Assembly (NCBI GenBank): GCA_964016885.1
Contig: OZ024743.1
Span: forward strand, 325,810,001-325,874,000
Length of the DNA: 64,000 nucleotides
Direction of reading: 5' to 3'
Source: Eledone cirrhosa
Lineage: Eukaryota
In this document: piece after piece, positions 15,201 through 29,600 of the stretch
Layout of the letters: each line of letters opens with the position of its first letter
Position numbering within the stretch: the stretch's first letter is position 1
Translations under genes and position numbers: made by a program
Notes under the pieces: generated by a model
Database searches by the model: none
Told to the model about the DNA's origin: nothing
Seen by the model: the letters and a program-made list of their open reading frames with translations, nothing else

Positions 15201-17610
15201 GCTCACTTTGAAATCATTTTCTTAATTTGAACCGATATATTCTCACTTAGAATTACAAAAACGCTATGACATACAAGAGCAACAATCGAACTGTGGTAAG
15301 TACTGTGCAAGCAAAAAGCAATAAGAAGTGCAGCTGACATACCAGTGTCATTTAGAAGTATGGCCTCTGTGGCTACAAGGGCAGCAGGTAAGAAAGAAAA
15401 ATTTCAGTTAAACATCCACACAACTTTGAAGAGATTGTTGTGTATTGTCATTAGGCAAATCTAACTTTCCAGGTATCACCAATCACATTGTCCTGGAGAT
15501 AGGAGACACGCACAAACATGTTTAATTAGCAGTAGCATTAATACAGCACGATTCATAACAGGAGCATATATAAAAGTATATACAATATGTTTATGCATAA
15601 TTAACATACCTAAGACTTGCTATGAGTATTTTAAGCATTTCAGTAGCAATGTGATGAAAATATATATGGTTTAGCATATTATTGCTTCAATAATAAACAT
15701 CACTGCAGATGGATAAACATCCTGAAACAGTTTCATATAGCCACTGATCACATATTGTATATGTTTCTATACACGCCTCTAATATGCATGTGCGTTTAGA
15801 GATAGCCCCACAGGTCAATTCCAGTATTTATATATGACAACATTACTATCAGAATAGGCAAACGCATTCAGTTCAGTATATAACTCAGGACAATGTTAGA
15901 ATTTGTGTACAATAATATTATTAGCCCATTTCTGACAAGCTTTCTGCAAAGTAATACGAATAATTAGTATCATGTCAGAAACATTAATAGTCATCAAATG
16001 CTTACCTGATCACCATCATTGTTTTTATATCCACTTTTCTATGCTAAAATGGGTTTGGAAGGGGTGGTTTGAGAATGTTTTACAACCAGATTCTTTTCCT
16101 GATGCCAACCCTTTCAGTTGCTTCTTACAACACACAGAAACACAGTGTGCCTATTCTTAAAACCAGGATACACACAGCATATACATATCTTTTAAACTAC
16201 CCTAACCTTCTCATTCAGTATCACCACACCTTCACCCCTCTTTCTGTGATATATACCTCATCCCACTCGCCCAAACTCAACTTACATTCTTAGTGCGCTA
16301 CACACAACCACTCACACCCATCTGGCCACTTCCTGAAATAGTAGACAACTGACTGCTACATACCATTCCATCATATATTTTTATCACAGTTCTAGATTTT
16401 ACATATATCTTCTAATTTGGTACATACATGCACGCATGCAGATAGTCATACAAGCTTAACAAACATTCTCACACACAAACTAATAATCGCATAAATTCAC
16501 TCAAACATACACACAAAAAAATACATTAAAAATTCAGACACCCATATTCACACACTAAACACTCATACATAAACATACACACGTGTCAATGATACACAAA
16601 GCACGCACACACTCAAAAGAGAAATGCGCATCCATGAAATATACTGTCTGGAGACATAACAATACAAATGATATACCTGGACTCTCCACCTCGGCCCCCA
16701 CCCCATACTCTGGACTACTCACCTACTCTCCTCACCCATCTTAAAAAAAGTAAGTTTTTCCTCTTCAACCTTCTAACCTCCTCTCTCTCTCCTGATGAAG
16801 GACTTATGTCTGATACATTTATTTACTTCTTTCTTCTTTATCTTCATTTCCAAGTGTGAACCTAATAAGACTGTTTTTGTATCTCCGTGTTCACCTTGTT
16901 TATTCTTTATATATATAGGTAAGTTATTCCGGGTTGAATCGGAGGTTACCACAGTAAGTAAGGTACTCAATACATAGCAGAGTATAAAAGTTTTAATATA
17001 GTTGAGATTCTACAGGACTAGAACCGTTTCATTCTTTAGAAATCATCAGGAATCTGGCTTTCCAAAAATAAATGTAGTGGTATTTATATCTTTTCAGGTG
17101 GTAGGAGAGGGTGGGGAATTCATTAAAAGCTAATTCTTTAAGTCTATAGTTTATATTTAGAGTGACAAAGGCAGAAAGGATTTTATAAACAGGTTCAGAA
17201 TGGAGTGCCACTCCTTATTTTTAAGTTTCTCTTAAGCTAACAATGCCTATATTTCAGGTGTCTATAAGGTGGTTGTGGGTTGGTCATGGTTGATGGATTT
17301 AAAATATTGGGTGTCTATCATTATTGTCATAGCTTAAGAGAAATATGACAATAATGATAGACACCCAATATTTTGAACTGGTTTATAGAATTCTCTTGGC
17401 CTTTGTCACTCTAAGTAGAGCTTTAAAGAATTAGCTTTTAAAGAATTTCCCTTTTCTTTCAACCAATGACCTCCACCCATCCCACTCCCCACCCTCTCCT
17501 ACCACCTGAAAAGCTATAAATACCACTACATTTATTTTTGGAAAGCCAGATTCCTGATGATTTCTAAAGAATGAAACAGTTCTAGTCCTGTAGAATCTCA
17601 TCTATATTAA

Positions 17611-17650
<40 letters not shown>

Positions 17651-20600
17651 TGAAAGCATTGACAGTCACTAGAATGAGTACTCAATGCCATAAGAGAGAT
17701 TAATATTTTCTGTGTTAAGGACAGGTTTGATTCTTGTTGTTCTGATGCTTCTCCTGTATATCCACAGGGTCATTGCCCAGATTGTGTGAATGTGTATATA
17801 AATTCATAGTATACTTCAGTTGCTTAATACAGAATCTAATGTATGCACATGTGTATGTGTGTGAATATTTACATGTATGTGAATGTCTGTGTGTATATGT
17901 ATTATAATAGAATATGTATATTTAACTTCATTATTTACAACATTTTCTACTGAATATTTTAATTTACAATCTTTAATTAGTAGGCTAATGAAATTCAAAT
18001 AGAGCTATAACTGCAAGAAGCCCTTCTTACAGCAATGGCATGACTATAATGTCTGAAAATTTATGTCAATCATACTGGATGACCTGCAACATCTAGATAA
18101 GAACATTCCTAGATGTTTCATTTATTACATATCATTAGGATGAGCGTCAACCACAAAAACCATGCCAAAATGGAACGTATGAGTGAGAGACAGTCATCTG
18201 GTCTGTTTAATCTCTGAACATGACAAACCTACATAACCCATGAAAGCATGTAAAATAAACATAAAACAATGATGATGATGTCTATATCTACATGAATAAA
18301 TTCTGATGATTTAAGAAGTTGCTTATAATATTACACCTCAATATAGACTACAAAATGCTATTAAAAAAAGGCAGAAGAAATCAGAGTTTTTAGACAGAAG
18401 ATGCCAGAAGTAAAATAGATCAGTGGATCTCTATCGGTTTCAACAATAAGTGTTCCAGTTGTTTGATCAACGGAACAGCCTGCTCATGAAACCAACCTGT
18501 AAGCAGCTAAGCATTCCACAGATATGTAGCTTTAACATAATTCTCAAGGAGATTTAGTATAACAATGTTTTGACCTAATAATGGTAAAGTGAACCTCTTA
18601 ACTATTCAGCCTTGCTGTCCACAAGAAAAGTAGAATATCATAATAGAAAGAAAGAATCATGAAGAGCCAAGGAGAGAACAAGGTGGAGAGGTAAAATATA
18701 TGATGTGAAAGGATGACCTTGCAATGCTTAAACTGAATTGGATGTTGCGTGCAAGAGAGAAGAGTGCACTGGTACAAACGTGATGCATATGAATGATGAT
18801 TGTTGAGTTTAGAAGTTCTAGGAGTTACAAGTGGAAGGAAGATGTAGTAGTCTAAAGACAACCTGAACAGACATAATGAAAGCCTATCTCAAGAAGCTGA
18901 ACCTCACAAAGGAGATGGCAAAGAAAAGGGGCATAAAAACGATGATGAAAAAAAATGTTATGTTTCTATTACCATATATACTTGAATATATGATGATCCA
19001 AATATAAGCTGACCCTCTATTTTATACCTAAGAAATGGGCAAAAACCCAAACCCTGTGCATAAGCTGAGCCAGCTAATGAACACATTATTTAGTTGGCAC
19101 AGTTTTGAAATTCCACATGACCACTTTACAGTGTGAACTGGGTGCTTCTTGTTATGACACCAGCACAGGACCGAAATCTCTAGCGTTATGCAGTAATACA
19201 GACGACCCACTTTCTCATGAGCACAGGCTGAAGCATAGATATATTATGCACCACCTTCAAAAGCACCCAGTACACACTGTACATGTGGTTGGCGTTAGGA
19301 AGGCCATCCTGCTGTGGTAACCAAGCCAAAATCAGTTCTGTATGAGCAAGACATGATCACCTGAATCCAGATCCCCCTAGTTGCAAAGCAAACAACACAT
19401 CCATGCTCACATTAATGTGGATGGTTTGAAGGGTATTCATGATATCAGTACTGATTGATAAAATATCATTGACAAGAAAGAAAATGAAAAGCACAACACA
19501 TGACATTTTCCTCCCACAATAAAAATTTGCTCAATCATTCTTGCCCAGAACAGTACATCCCTTCCCTCTGTAGAACATGTTAAGATAAGGCACAGTAGCC
19601 AGTAATCACATTAAATCTAGGTAGTTAGTTTAGAACATTAACCATATAAAAGGAATGTGTGTCACAACGCAAATGACTATAATAATAGTTGAGAAAATCT
19701 GCTAAGTGACGGAAAAAAAAAAAACAGTAGCATCTGCAATACATTGGTCTGCAATTTTCTCAAATATTTATAGTGATCTACTATTATTATGATCAATTGC
19801 ATTGTGACGTACACATTTCAAATTTTCCCAAGGAGTCATAAGTCAATTGTTTTGTTTATATAAAAGATTGATAATGAAAATAAAAATCTAGGTTCATAAC
19901 AATTGAAATAATGAGTTACAAAGACTCATAAAAACAAATTCACTTAATGCATGTGAATATTCTAGTCTATTGTGAACTACTGATGAAACTTAACAAACAG
20001 AAGATGCCCTGGAGTTGGAACAGCATAGTGGACAGTAAGAGACAGGTATGAAATGACTGTGAAAATGTGGGTAGCAGATAACAGTATCAGATACCTAAGA
20101 AAGAAGTTATGAATACAACAAGTATACATAGCATGGAAAGAGGCTGAAAGAAAAATGTTTGCGATGTGATGATCAGAGACGTGAGGTGTTCCGTATTGCA
20201 AGGCAGTGTGTATTGGGATGCTGTAGGGGAAAAAATATATTTGCAATGACACTGATGCACTTTGATACTCAAAGGAAAGAGGCCAAGAAATGCTATGAGA
20301 AGCTGTTGAATCTGGAGAATGGATGAAAGAGAGATTACCCCACCAGCTGATCCAACAGAAGAACCAGCTATCGAAATTAAGAGTTCTAGGGTCAATGAAG
20401 CAATCAAGAAGATGAAAACTAGTAAAGCTGCAGGTCCATTAGAGATAGTCGCTGAGATGCTAAAAGCATCAGAAGTAGAACTAGTAACCAGCACACTCAA
20501 TCAGGTAATACATATCCAGTGACGAGCACAACAGTACAATCATAAATTACTACAAGGCCAAAAGTGATGCTCTAGAAAGGTTGCAACAACAGAGGAACAA

Positions 20601-23600
20601 AACCAATGGACCAAATTAAAAAAGTGATGGAAAAAGCACAGCTAATTAGGGAAAAAGTCAAATTAGATGAGATGCAGTTCGGTTTTGTAACTGGGAGAAG
20701 TACTGCAGTACTACTTCCTAGTGAGACAACTACAAGAGAAGTTCCTAGTCAAGAATAAGCTACTATATTTAGCTTTTGTTGATCTAGAAAAGACCTTTGA
20801 CAGAGTACCTCGATCTGTCATCTAGTGATCCTTAAGAAACTAGGAGTAGAAGAATGAATTGTGATAGCAGTACAAGCCATGTACAGAGGAGCTGTTAGTA
20901 AAGTGAGAGTAGAAAAGGAGTTTAGTGAGGAATTCAAGGTACAGGTAGTTCATCAGGATTTGGTTCTCAGTTCACTTCTGTTCATTATAATTTTCCAAGC
21001 CATAACAGGGGAGTTTAAAATTGACTGCCCATGGAAACTTCTTTATGTTGATAATCTGGCTCTTATAGCTGAATCCATAGAAAAACTAGAAAATATGTTC
21101 CAGCTGTGGAAACAGAATTTTCAATCAAAAGGGCTAAGAAAAAACTAAAGTGTTAGTAAGTTGGAAAGAAGACAGGTCCCTGATCCCACCAAGGAAGTGG
21201 CCCTGTTGGATATGCAGAAATCTTTTATGATGCACATCATGCAAATCTTGAGTAGACAAGGTATAGTGGAATAGCAAGCAGATGTACAAGAAAGGAAGAC
21301 TTCATATGTAATAGATATATAGAGGTAATCAATAGTAAGAGGGGCAGAGATATAATCCTTCTCCAATCATACAAGGGCTCCATAGAAGTGGTTGATAGCT
21401 TTTGTTACCTAGGTTTTCTAATTAGCAGAAGAGGCAGGTGTGTCTAAAGCATAAAAGCTAAAATAAGGATATGATGGAAGAGTTTAGAGAGCTACTGCCT
21501 CTGTTAACAACAAAAGGTTTCTCCCTATGAATAAAAGGATGGTTGTATGGTGCCTGTGTGTGAAGTGTGATGTTGCATGGTAGTGAAACATGGACTGTGG
21601 CTACAGAAGAATTGCGTAGGGTGGGAGTAATGAAGCATGTATGCTTTGTTGGATGTGCAATGTTAATGTGATAGAACAACAGAGCTTGGATGAACTGAGA
21701 AAAAACTGGATTTAAGAAGTATCAGTGTGCGAGAGAGAAGATTACGTTTGTATGGACATGTGATGTGTGTGGATGATGATCGCTGGGTGAAGAAGTGCCA
21801 GGAAATCCTAGTAGAAGGCAGTTGCAGTAAAGGAAGAGCAGGGAAGACCGAGGAAGAGATGCTGTGCTGAAAGGGACCCGTCCAACCCATGCAAGCATGG
21901 AAAAGTGGACACAAAAACGATGATGAAGCTAAATTATAAAGCAAATTCAAAGAAACAAACCAAATTTGAATTTTGTTAATAGTTAGGGAAAATGATTAAA
22001 CTAAAAAAAATACATATAAAATTAAATCAATTTACAAACAGCAAATAAAAATATAAAACAGAAAATAAGTTATTGGTGCAGTAATGAGTGGTTCAAACTA
22101 ATAATTCCACAGAAATGTGTATTAAAAAGCAGTATTCCTTCATGAAATGATTAGAAGTTTTTTAGACATGCAGTAATAATATAAATCATAAAACTTGTGT
22201 AAATTACTGTAAATCTGAGATGAGATTATTTATTTTTTAATTGAAGTGAAATTGAATGGTATGGGCCTCCCTCAGTTCCAATGGTACAGTTGTTCAATGA
22301 ATGGACCAAGCTGCTCATGAAATTAACATGTAAGTGGCTGAGCATTCCACAGACGTGTATGTGTATACTTAACGAGATTCTCATGGATATTCAGAACAAA
22401 TACTACAAAAGACTGTTCAAAAATCACATTGGGAAGGTAGAGGGGAGCAAAAGGCTATATATATATACTAACTTTCACACAGTTTCCACTCATAAAATGT
22501 ATTAATGAACAAGATGCTATGGTAGAAGATACTTGCCCAAGGTGCCATGCAGTGGGATTGAATCTGAAAACCCGGAGTTGCAAAGTAAACTTCTTAACCA
22601 CACATCCATCAAAGCTTTTTTTATGGACCATTCAGGGGGTGGTAGGGCAGCACCTAACTCAATGGCAATATGTGCTTCACTCCTGATCCACCAGAAACAG
22701 GCATGTGATTGAAACTATCTTCTGGAGCATGGCATAGTTGGTAATTCAGATCCCTTGCCAAAAGGATCTCCCCAAATTTTGCAATATCCTCTTTTCCTTC
22801 ATTCTTCAATCATGATGATTCTGTGAGCAATACTCCCATGGAAAAAGCCTCCACCCTCATTGCCCATTCTGCATCTAAACCCACTGTACATATTTGATTA
22901 ATCTCTTTGAAACCTATCCTCATCCCCTCCACCAGTTTCACCACCCACCATACATACATGCCAAGTACAAAGTACCTCCAGTCACTTTAAACCAACAAGG
23001 CCACTATAGCCCTGACAATGTCCCTTATAACACTCTCCAACAATGCACCAGAGTTAGCCCCTATATTCTCTAAATTCTTCAATATCTCCCTTATTATTGA
23101 AAACATGTTACAGTGTGTCATATTCCTAAGAAGGGCAACCCCTCTCACCTTGCCAAATATCATCCTATCTGACTCACTCCAATATTTCACAGGTAATACA
23201 GACATCCATTAACAATGACATTATCCAACACCTTAAATATTTCTTCCACCTTAATGACCACCAATACAGTTTCTCTAAAGCCAGATCTACTGAAGACCAA
23301 CTCTCCTAAGTCACTCAATGCTTTTGCTCTTGATATCAGCAAAGCTTTCAAACATGTCTGGCATGCAAATCTCCTCTGCATACCAGTGACTTTTTCTATC
23401 TCATTTCTTGCACTATTGTGATGTCTGCTTCCCCTGTCCTGCACTCCCATGTGTGCTACAGGGTTCAGTTTAGTCCTCAATACACTTCCTTTTCTCCATC
23501 AATGAACTACTAGCAATCACATCCAACAATGCCAACTCTTATGCAGTCGATACCGCTCTTCATTCTTCCATAACCTTTCACTACCAAACGTCATCCAAAT

Positions 23601-26600
23601 GCACTTTTGATACCTGCACTGATTCTATGAATAGAGACCATGAAAGTATCCTCCAAAGTATTCTTGCCTCCCAGTAGAGGAAGACAAAGGAAAACCTGGA
23701 CAGAAGGTGATTAGAGCCAATTTCAAAATGCTGAAATTCACAGAAGAAATGATAAAGAAATGCAACAATTTGAGACAGGTTGTGCTGGAGGGGATCTGTC
23801 CAACCTATGCAATTGGACATAGAATGATGATGAAAATAATAATGAAGTTGATACTTTACTACCATCTCACAGAACCTCATGTCCATACCAACAGTTGTTT
23901 TCCTTACAATCAACACTAACGAACATCCAATAGTACCTACTCTTGGGTCCCAAATAATGAGGGGTGGGCTGGAAAATCAGTAACTTTTCAGGTTGTCTCC
24001 GTTGATTTAAAAAAACAAAACAAAATGAGTCGTTTACTTTACAGAGAACCCATCCAATTTATTTTAACATATGGGATTTCTCGTCATGTACTTGTTTGGT
24101 GATGTGTTTTTTAATGTATAAAGAAAATTAATTTTCACAGGAATGCTACCAATTAAAATAAAATTTCACTGGAGATAGATTAGCAAAATTTAATAAGTGG
24201 TGGTGGGGAATCTGAAAAATGAATAAGCGGGAGGGGGGTGACGATTATTCGAGAACCGAGAGTAACTAAAGATAACTAATGTCACCAACCAAACAGCAAA
24301 ATAGTTTTTTCTGTATCAAGTAAAAATCACTACTCACATACAGCCACTTAAGAAATATACTTTTTACTAATGACAAATATTTCCAAACCATGCCAAAAGA
24401 GTTGAGAGAACTCTCTAGTAATGGTGCCATGAAAAATGCCCTGTAAGGTGCTTGGTGATAGTAAGAGCATCCAGTCTTATACCTGCCAAATAAAGAGTCA
24501 GGACTGTTGCAGTTGTGTCAAAGGTATGACAATCTCCCAAGTGTTGGTGTCATGTTAAAATGCAACCAATGCACACTTTAGAGAGTGGGAATGTATATAA
24601 GTGAGATGTACACAACTAGTTAGATACAGTTGTGATAAAATCCCACAACTAGTTAGATACAATTAAGATAGGAGCCCACAAGTTACATTTAGTCAGTTAA
24701 GATAAATACTAATACTAGCTACATACAGCTGTGATAAGATCTCAAGATACTAATAATAGTAACATACAGTTGTGATGATCCCAATACTAGCAACATAAAT
24801 TTGTATTAAGATCTCAGTAATATCTAGTGATAAAATACTAGAACTATTTATACAGTTGTGATTACATTGTATGGAGTTGAATCCTGAACTCAATCTGATT
24901 AGCCACTCAGTTATTACACTTTACATATAACTTCTACCTATAAGGCTGGTGAAACTCTGTAGCTCGGAAAGGCATAAACTCTGCAAGGTTGGCATAGTTC
25001 TTCAACACACTACCTGAAGAGAAGCTTTCATTAAAACCCCAAATTACCATTAAGTATACAGAAAATGTTCATACAAACAGTTAACAACACAAATTCTTAG
25101 ATTGCTATTGGAATAAAATAAATATGTAAGTCTTACCTGTATCCAACTGCAGAATAGTTCTCTCAGACATGGTAATCTTGCCCATTTGACTGTTGCTTGA
25201 AGTACGAATACTGAAAGACAAACAGCAAACACTTCACTACATTTATTTTTTTATGCTTTTTACATTGTTTCTAATGGTAATTAATGAGAGTGGTTAACAC
25301 ACTCACCGAGCATCTAAGACATGCAGGGTTCAATTCCTTATAAGCACAGCTGTCCACTTTTTTCCACCTCCAGGTGTACTCTACCTGATTTTCTCAACTA
25401 TTATCTATAGTGATTGACTATAGTTATAGACATAACAAGAATTATAATAAAAACTGAATTGCTGTCCATGATCACATTTTCTCAGTTGGTTACCTCATTG
25501 TAAATGGGAAATATTTCCAACATCATTATAAAGAACAAATAAATTCATAATTTTAATGTAGACAACATTTTGATAATGTATGGGGTAGACATTCTTTTAT
25601 TGCAGTCAATATCTAAAGATTAAACAGACACAAGTCTATTTCAATTTATATTCACAAATTCCTAAGACAACGAAGGAATATGAAACATCATCATCACCAT
25701 GTCCATTTTTCCATACTAGTATGGATTAGACAAGTCAGATCAGACAACCGTGTCTTACTCATATAGAACTGTTTCTTAGTTGGTTTCTATGATTGGACAC
25801 CTTAAAACTAGCCACATTTACAGCATCGGCTAGGTGCTTTTTATCATGGCACCAACACAACCACTTCACTGGTGCTTTTTGTCATGTCGCCAACACAATC
25901 ACATTACAGGGCAGACTGTAGATTTAATTTCACTGATAAAAAAAGAATGAATATGAAATAATTAGAGAGAGAAAGGAAATGAAATTAGTATTACCTTGAA
26001 TAGAGAACTGCAAATAGCCACAGAACCAGAGCAATAATACTCTGCCAATCAAACATTCCTAACTTGGCAAAGTCTCCATGTTCATTGGGACAAACCTTTT
26101 GGGGATTACAGGCACAATCTGGAACAGTAAGAAATCATGATGAACAATCAATACACAAGGAGACAATAATATTGAAACTAATTTTTTTAAGTGTAAACAA
26201 AATGAGTGACTAAATAATAGTTGAGAAAATCAGGTAAAGTACTTCTAGAGACAAAAAAGTCAACATTTGTGATTCAAATGACAAGCCTCATCACTATGTC
26301 ATACCGAACCTCATCATCATCATCATCATTTTACACCTGTTGTTCTATAGTTGCATGGGTTAGCCGGGTCCTTCAGTACAGCATTTCTCCATTTGTCACG
26401 TTCCTCTGTCACCCAATTCATTAGATCAGCTCTCACCACTTCCATCGAAGTCTACCTCTATTGCAGCCTCCCTCCACTGGGATTACTTGGCATTTCTTCA
26501 CTCAGTGCACATCACATGTCCATACCAATGGAATCTCCTCTCCTGCACACTACTTTTGATTTCTCTTACATCTAGTTTCTCCCACAGTTCATCCATGCTT

Positions 26601-29600
26601 TGTTGTTCTCACATTATCATTGCACCTCCATCGAAGCATGTTTGCCTCATTGAGAATTACATCAAGGGTAAACGTGTCAGTGGAATGGCCAGCCAGATGC
26701 ATGTTAATTTTACAAGCAGGCTGTTCCATTGATCAAACATCTGGAATGCATGTCATTGGAACCAATGGAAGTCCAATACACAACATGATTGAATCAAGCA
26801 ACTATACATGATGGATTAAAAGTAAGCTTACCTGGATTATTAGTCATGGCAGACCAAGTCAAATACATAGTATAAAAAGTAATTACTGAAGCCTGAAGGA
26901 GACCAGATCTTGGTTGAACTGAAAAACAATTGTGAGAACATTAAGAAAATATTAATAATTTCTATGGAGGTTCTTTAGTATTATTTTTGTGTTTGTTAGT
27001 GTCAATTTTGAATGACAAATTGTCTATGTGTGTTGTATTATAGTGATATGCCTGTATGCCAATGAAATAGAGACAATGTTGGGTTTGAGAGGACTTTTTA
27101 GTTTGGCCTGGCATGTGACAACCTCAAATGCTGGCGTCACAATAAAATGCACCCAGTACATGTAAAGTATGTTGGTGCCATGATAATGCACCCAGTCCAC
27201 TAACCTTCAACATGCTTTAACTCTTAATACCAAACTGATCCTAGTTTTATCCTAAGCTGTTTATTTATTGCTTATATTTATCTAAAAAATTTCCGTTATA
27301 ATTTTATGTAGCAATCTTTAAGCTAAGCTCAAAATACCAACTAAATAATGAGAAAGCTAATTATATTACAAAATCCTTCCAAATTCTTGATATTTCAGAA
27401 TTATATGCAGTGTCTTTCATTAGATATATAGTAATAAATAAGGTAAATATAAAAGTGAAATGATATCCCAGTTATAATCATCATCATTTTAAATCTATTT
27501 TTTCATACTTGTAAGCATCAGGCAATATATTAAAAATAGATACAAATAAGCTATGAAGCATTCAAAACTGATATGATATTTAATCATAAAAAGTACTGTA
27601 ATGTAATATCTAAAATAAATATAAAATATGTCTAAAATATAGATAAACTATGAAATGTAATACATAAAATGTTTCACTGTAAAATCAGTTGACGCCTCAG
27701 TTTTAGTTAAATGGTTTTCACTTATATATACAGTAGGTAGTTCAGTTGAAGACAACTAGAATACTTATCAAAACCAACAAAGGATCTATTTTTTTACAAG
27801 TAATTATGTATATGTAAATATATATTTTAACAAATTGGATGTATTCATCAAAAATTTCTCTAATTCAATTGGACTTCCTTCCAATGTAAATGTGAGACTC
27901 CAGATAACATTTGCCAGCAACTGCTAATATATTAAATTAATTTTTTTTTTATTGCATGCTGAAATTCTCTTAAATTTGCTACATTTAGTTTGACCCTTTC
28001 AATACCAACCCATTCAAAACTGCTTTTGGATTTGATAAAACAAAATCACTTGAATTAGAATCCTCAAACATAATTTGATATAAGAACCTTTTGTTATATC
28101 ATATTACCAATACCATCTTCGCAATGAAATAATTTAAGTAAATTACTCTAAATTCTTTAATTCAAATATGTATTTCATTGGGAGTATGGTAACAAAAGGG
28201 CTAAATGATTTTCATACGCACAAAAATCATTACCTGTTAATATTAATTTCATTAAAGACAAAGATCACTATCATGAACCTATGTGTGTGAGTATATGTTT
28301 TGTGGTGGAGAATGGGTTAGCTCTTAGCAAATGAAGCTCCACTGATAATTTAAAATATGATTTAAGGGAAGTGGATTTTGGCACCAATAATGAACATGAA
28401 GATGAAAGAAGAAAAAGAAGAAAAAAACCCTACCTTCCTGCACTTTTGGTAAGACAGAAATAACAGACACGATGATGCAAAGAATCAAATTAAAGCTGAT
28501 AAAGAATTTATGGGCAACACACTCCGAATCCTGAAGAGAGAAACAAAAACAAAAATACAAATGTTAATTTGCTATCAATATTCACAGAAATTGCTCTGAA
28601 AGTACAGTAGCCAGAGTCAGAACGGGATGGAAAAAGTTCAGAGAGCTTATACCACTATTGGCCGCTAAAGGTTTCTCCCTGAAAATGAAAGGCAGACTGT
28701 ATGATGCCTGCATACAAACAGCAATGTTACATGGCAGTGAGACATGGGCATTGTATGCCTGAGGATCTGCGCAGACTGGAGAGAACGAAGCTTGCATGCT
28801 CCGTTGGATGTGTAATAGTAATATACGTGAACGGCAAAGCATAAATGAACTAAGTGAGAAATTAGGAATAAGAGGGATCAGACTACGTTGGTATGGTCAC
28901 GTGATGCGCATGAAAGACAACAGTTGTATAAAAAAGTGCAGGGCGATCAAAATAGATGGAAGCTACGGAGTAGGCAGATCCAGAAAAACCTAGGATGATT
29001 TGATAAATTCCGACCTTACACACACCTCTCCAAGACAATGTCACTGGACCGAGATCTTTGGTGTTACGCAGTAATACAGAAGACCCGCCTTGCCTAAGTA
29101 CAAAGCGAAACCTACAGTCAGTAGGCACCTCTTAACCAAAAATACACCCCATTCCACTACTCCTACCCCCACCCCATCTACAACACCCCTTTCTCTGTAA
29201 AGTTATGGTGGTGCCACAACATCCAGTCCTAAATAAATGAGGCCGTGTAGGTGTCACAGCAAAAAAACACACAGTCCACGTTGTAATGTGGCCGTGTAGG
29301 TAACACGGTAAAAACCTCCCAGTCCACACTGTAAACGTGGTTGGTGTTAGGAAGGGCATCAAGCCGTAGAAAACCCGCCAGACAGTCCTATACGAGCAAG
29401 ACAACCAATCTTGCCTCAAGTGGGAAAACTCCCGTCCAAACCCATGTTAGCGTGGAAGATAGACGTTAATAAAAGGAACATTTTTATTAGTAGAAATTTC
29501 TTTATTATTAATTTTTAAGGCAGTATCGGTATAGTGTCGAACACACTGCTTCATGGCTTAGAGTTACGACCCTTTATGTTCTGAGTTCAAATCCCGCCAA

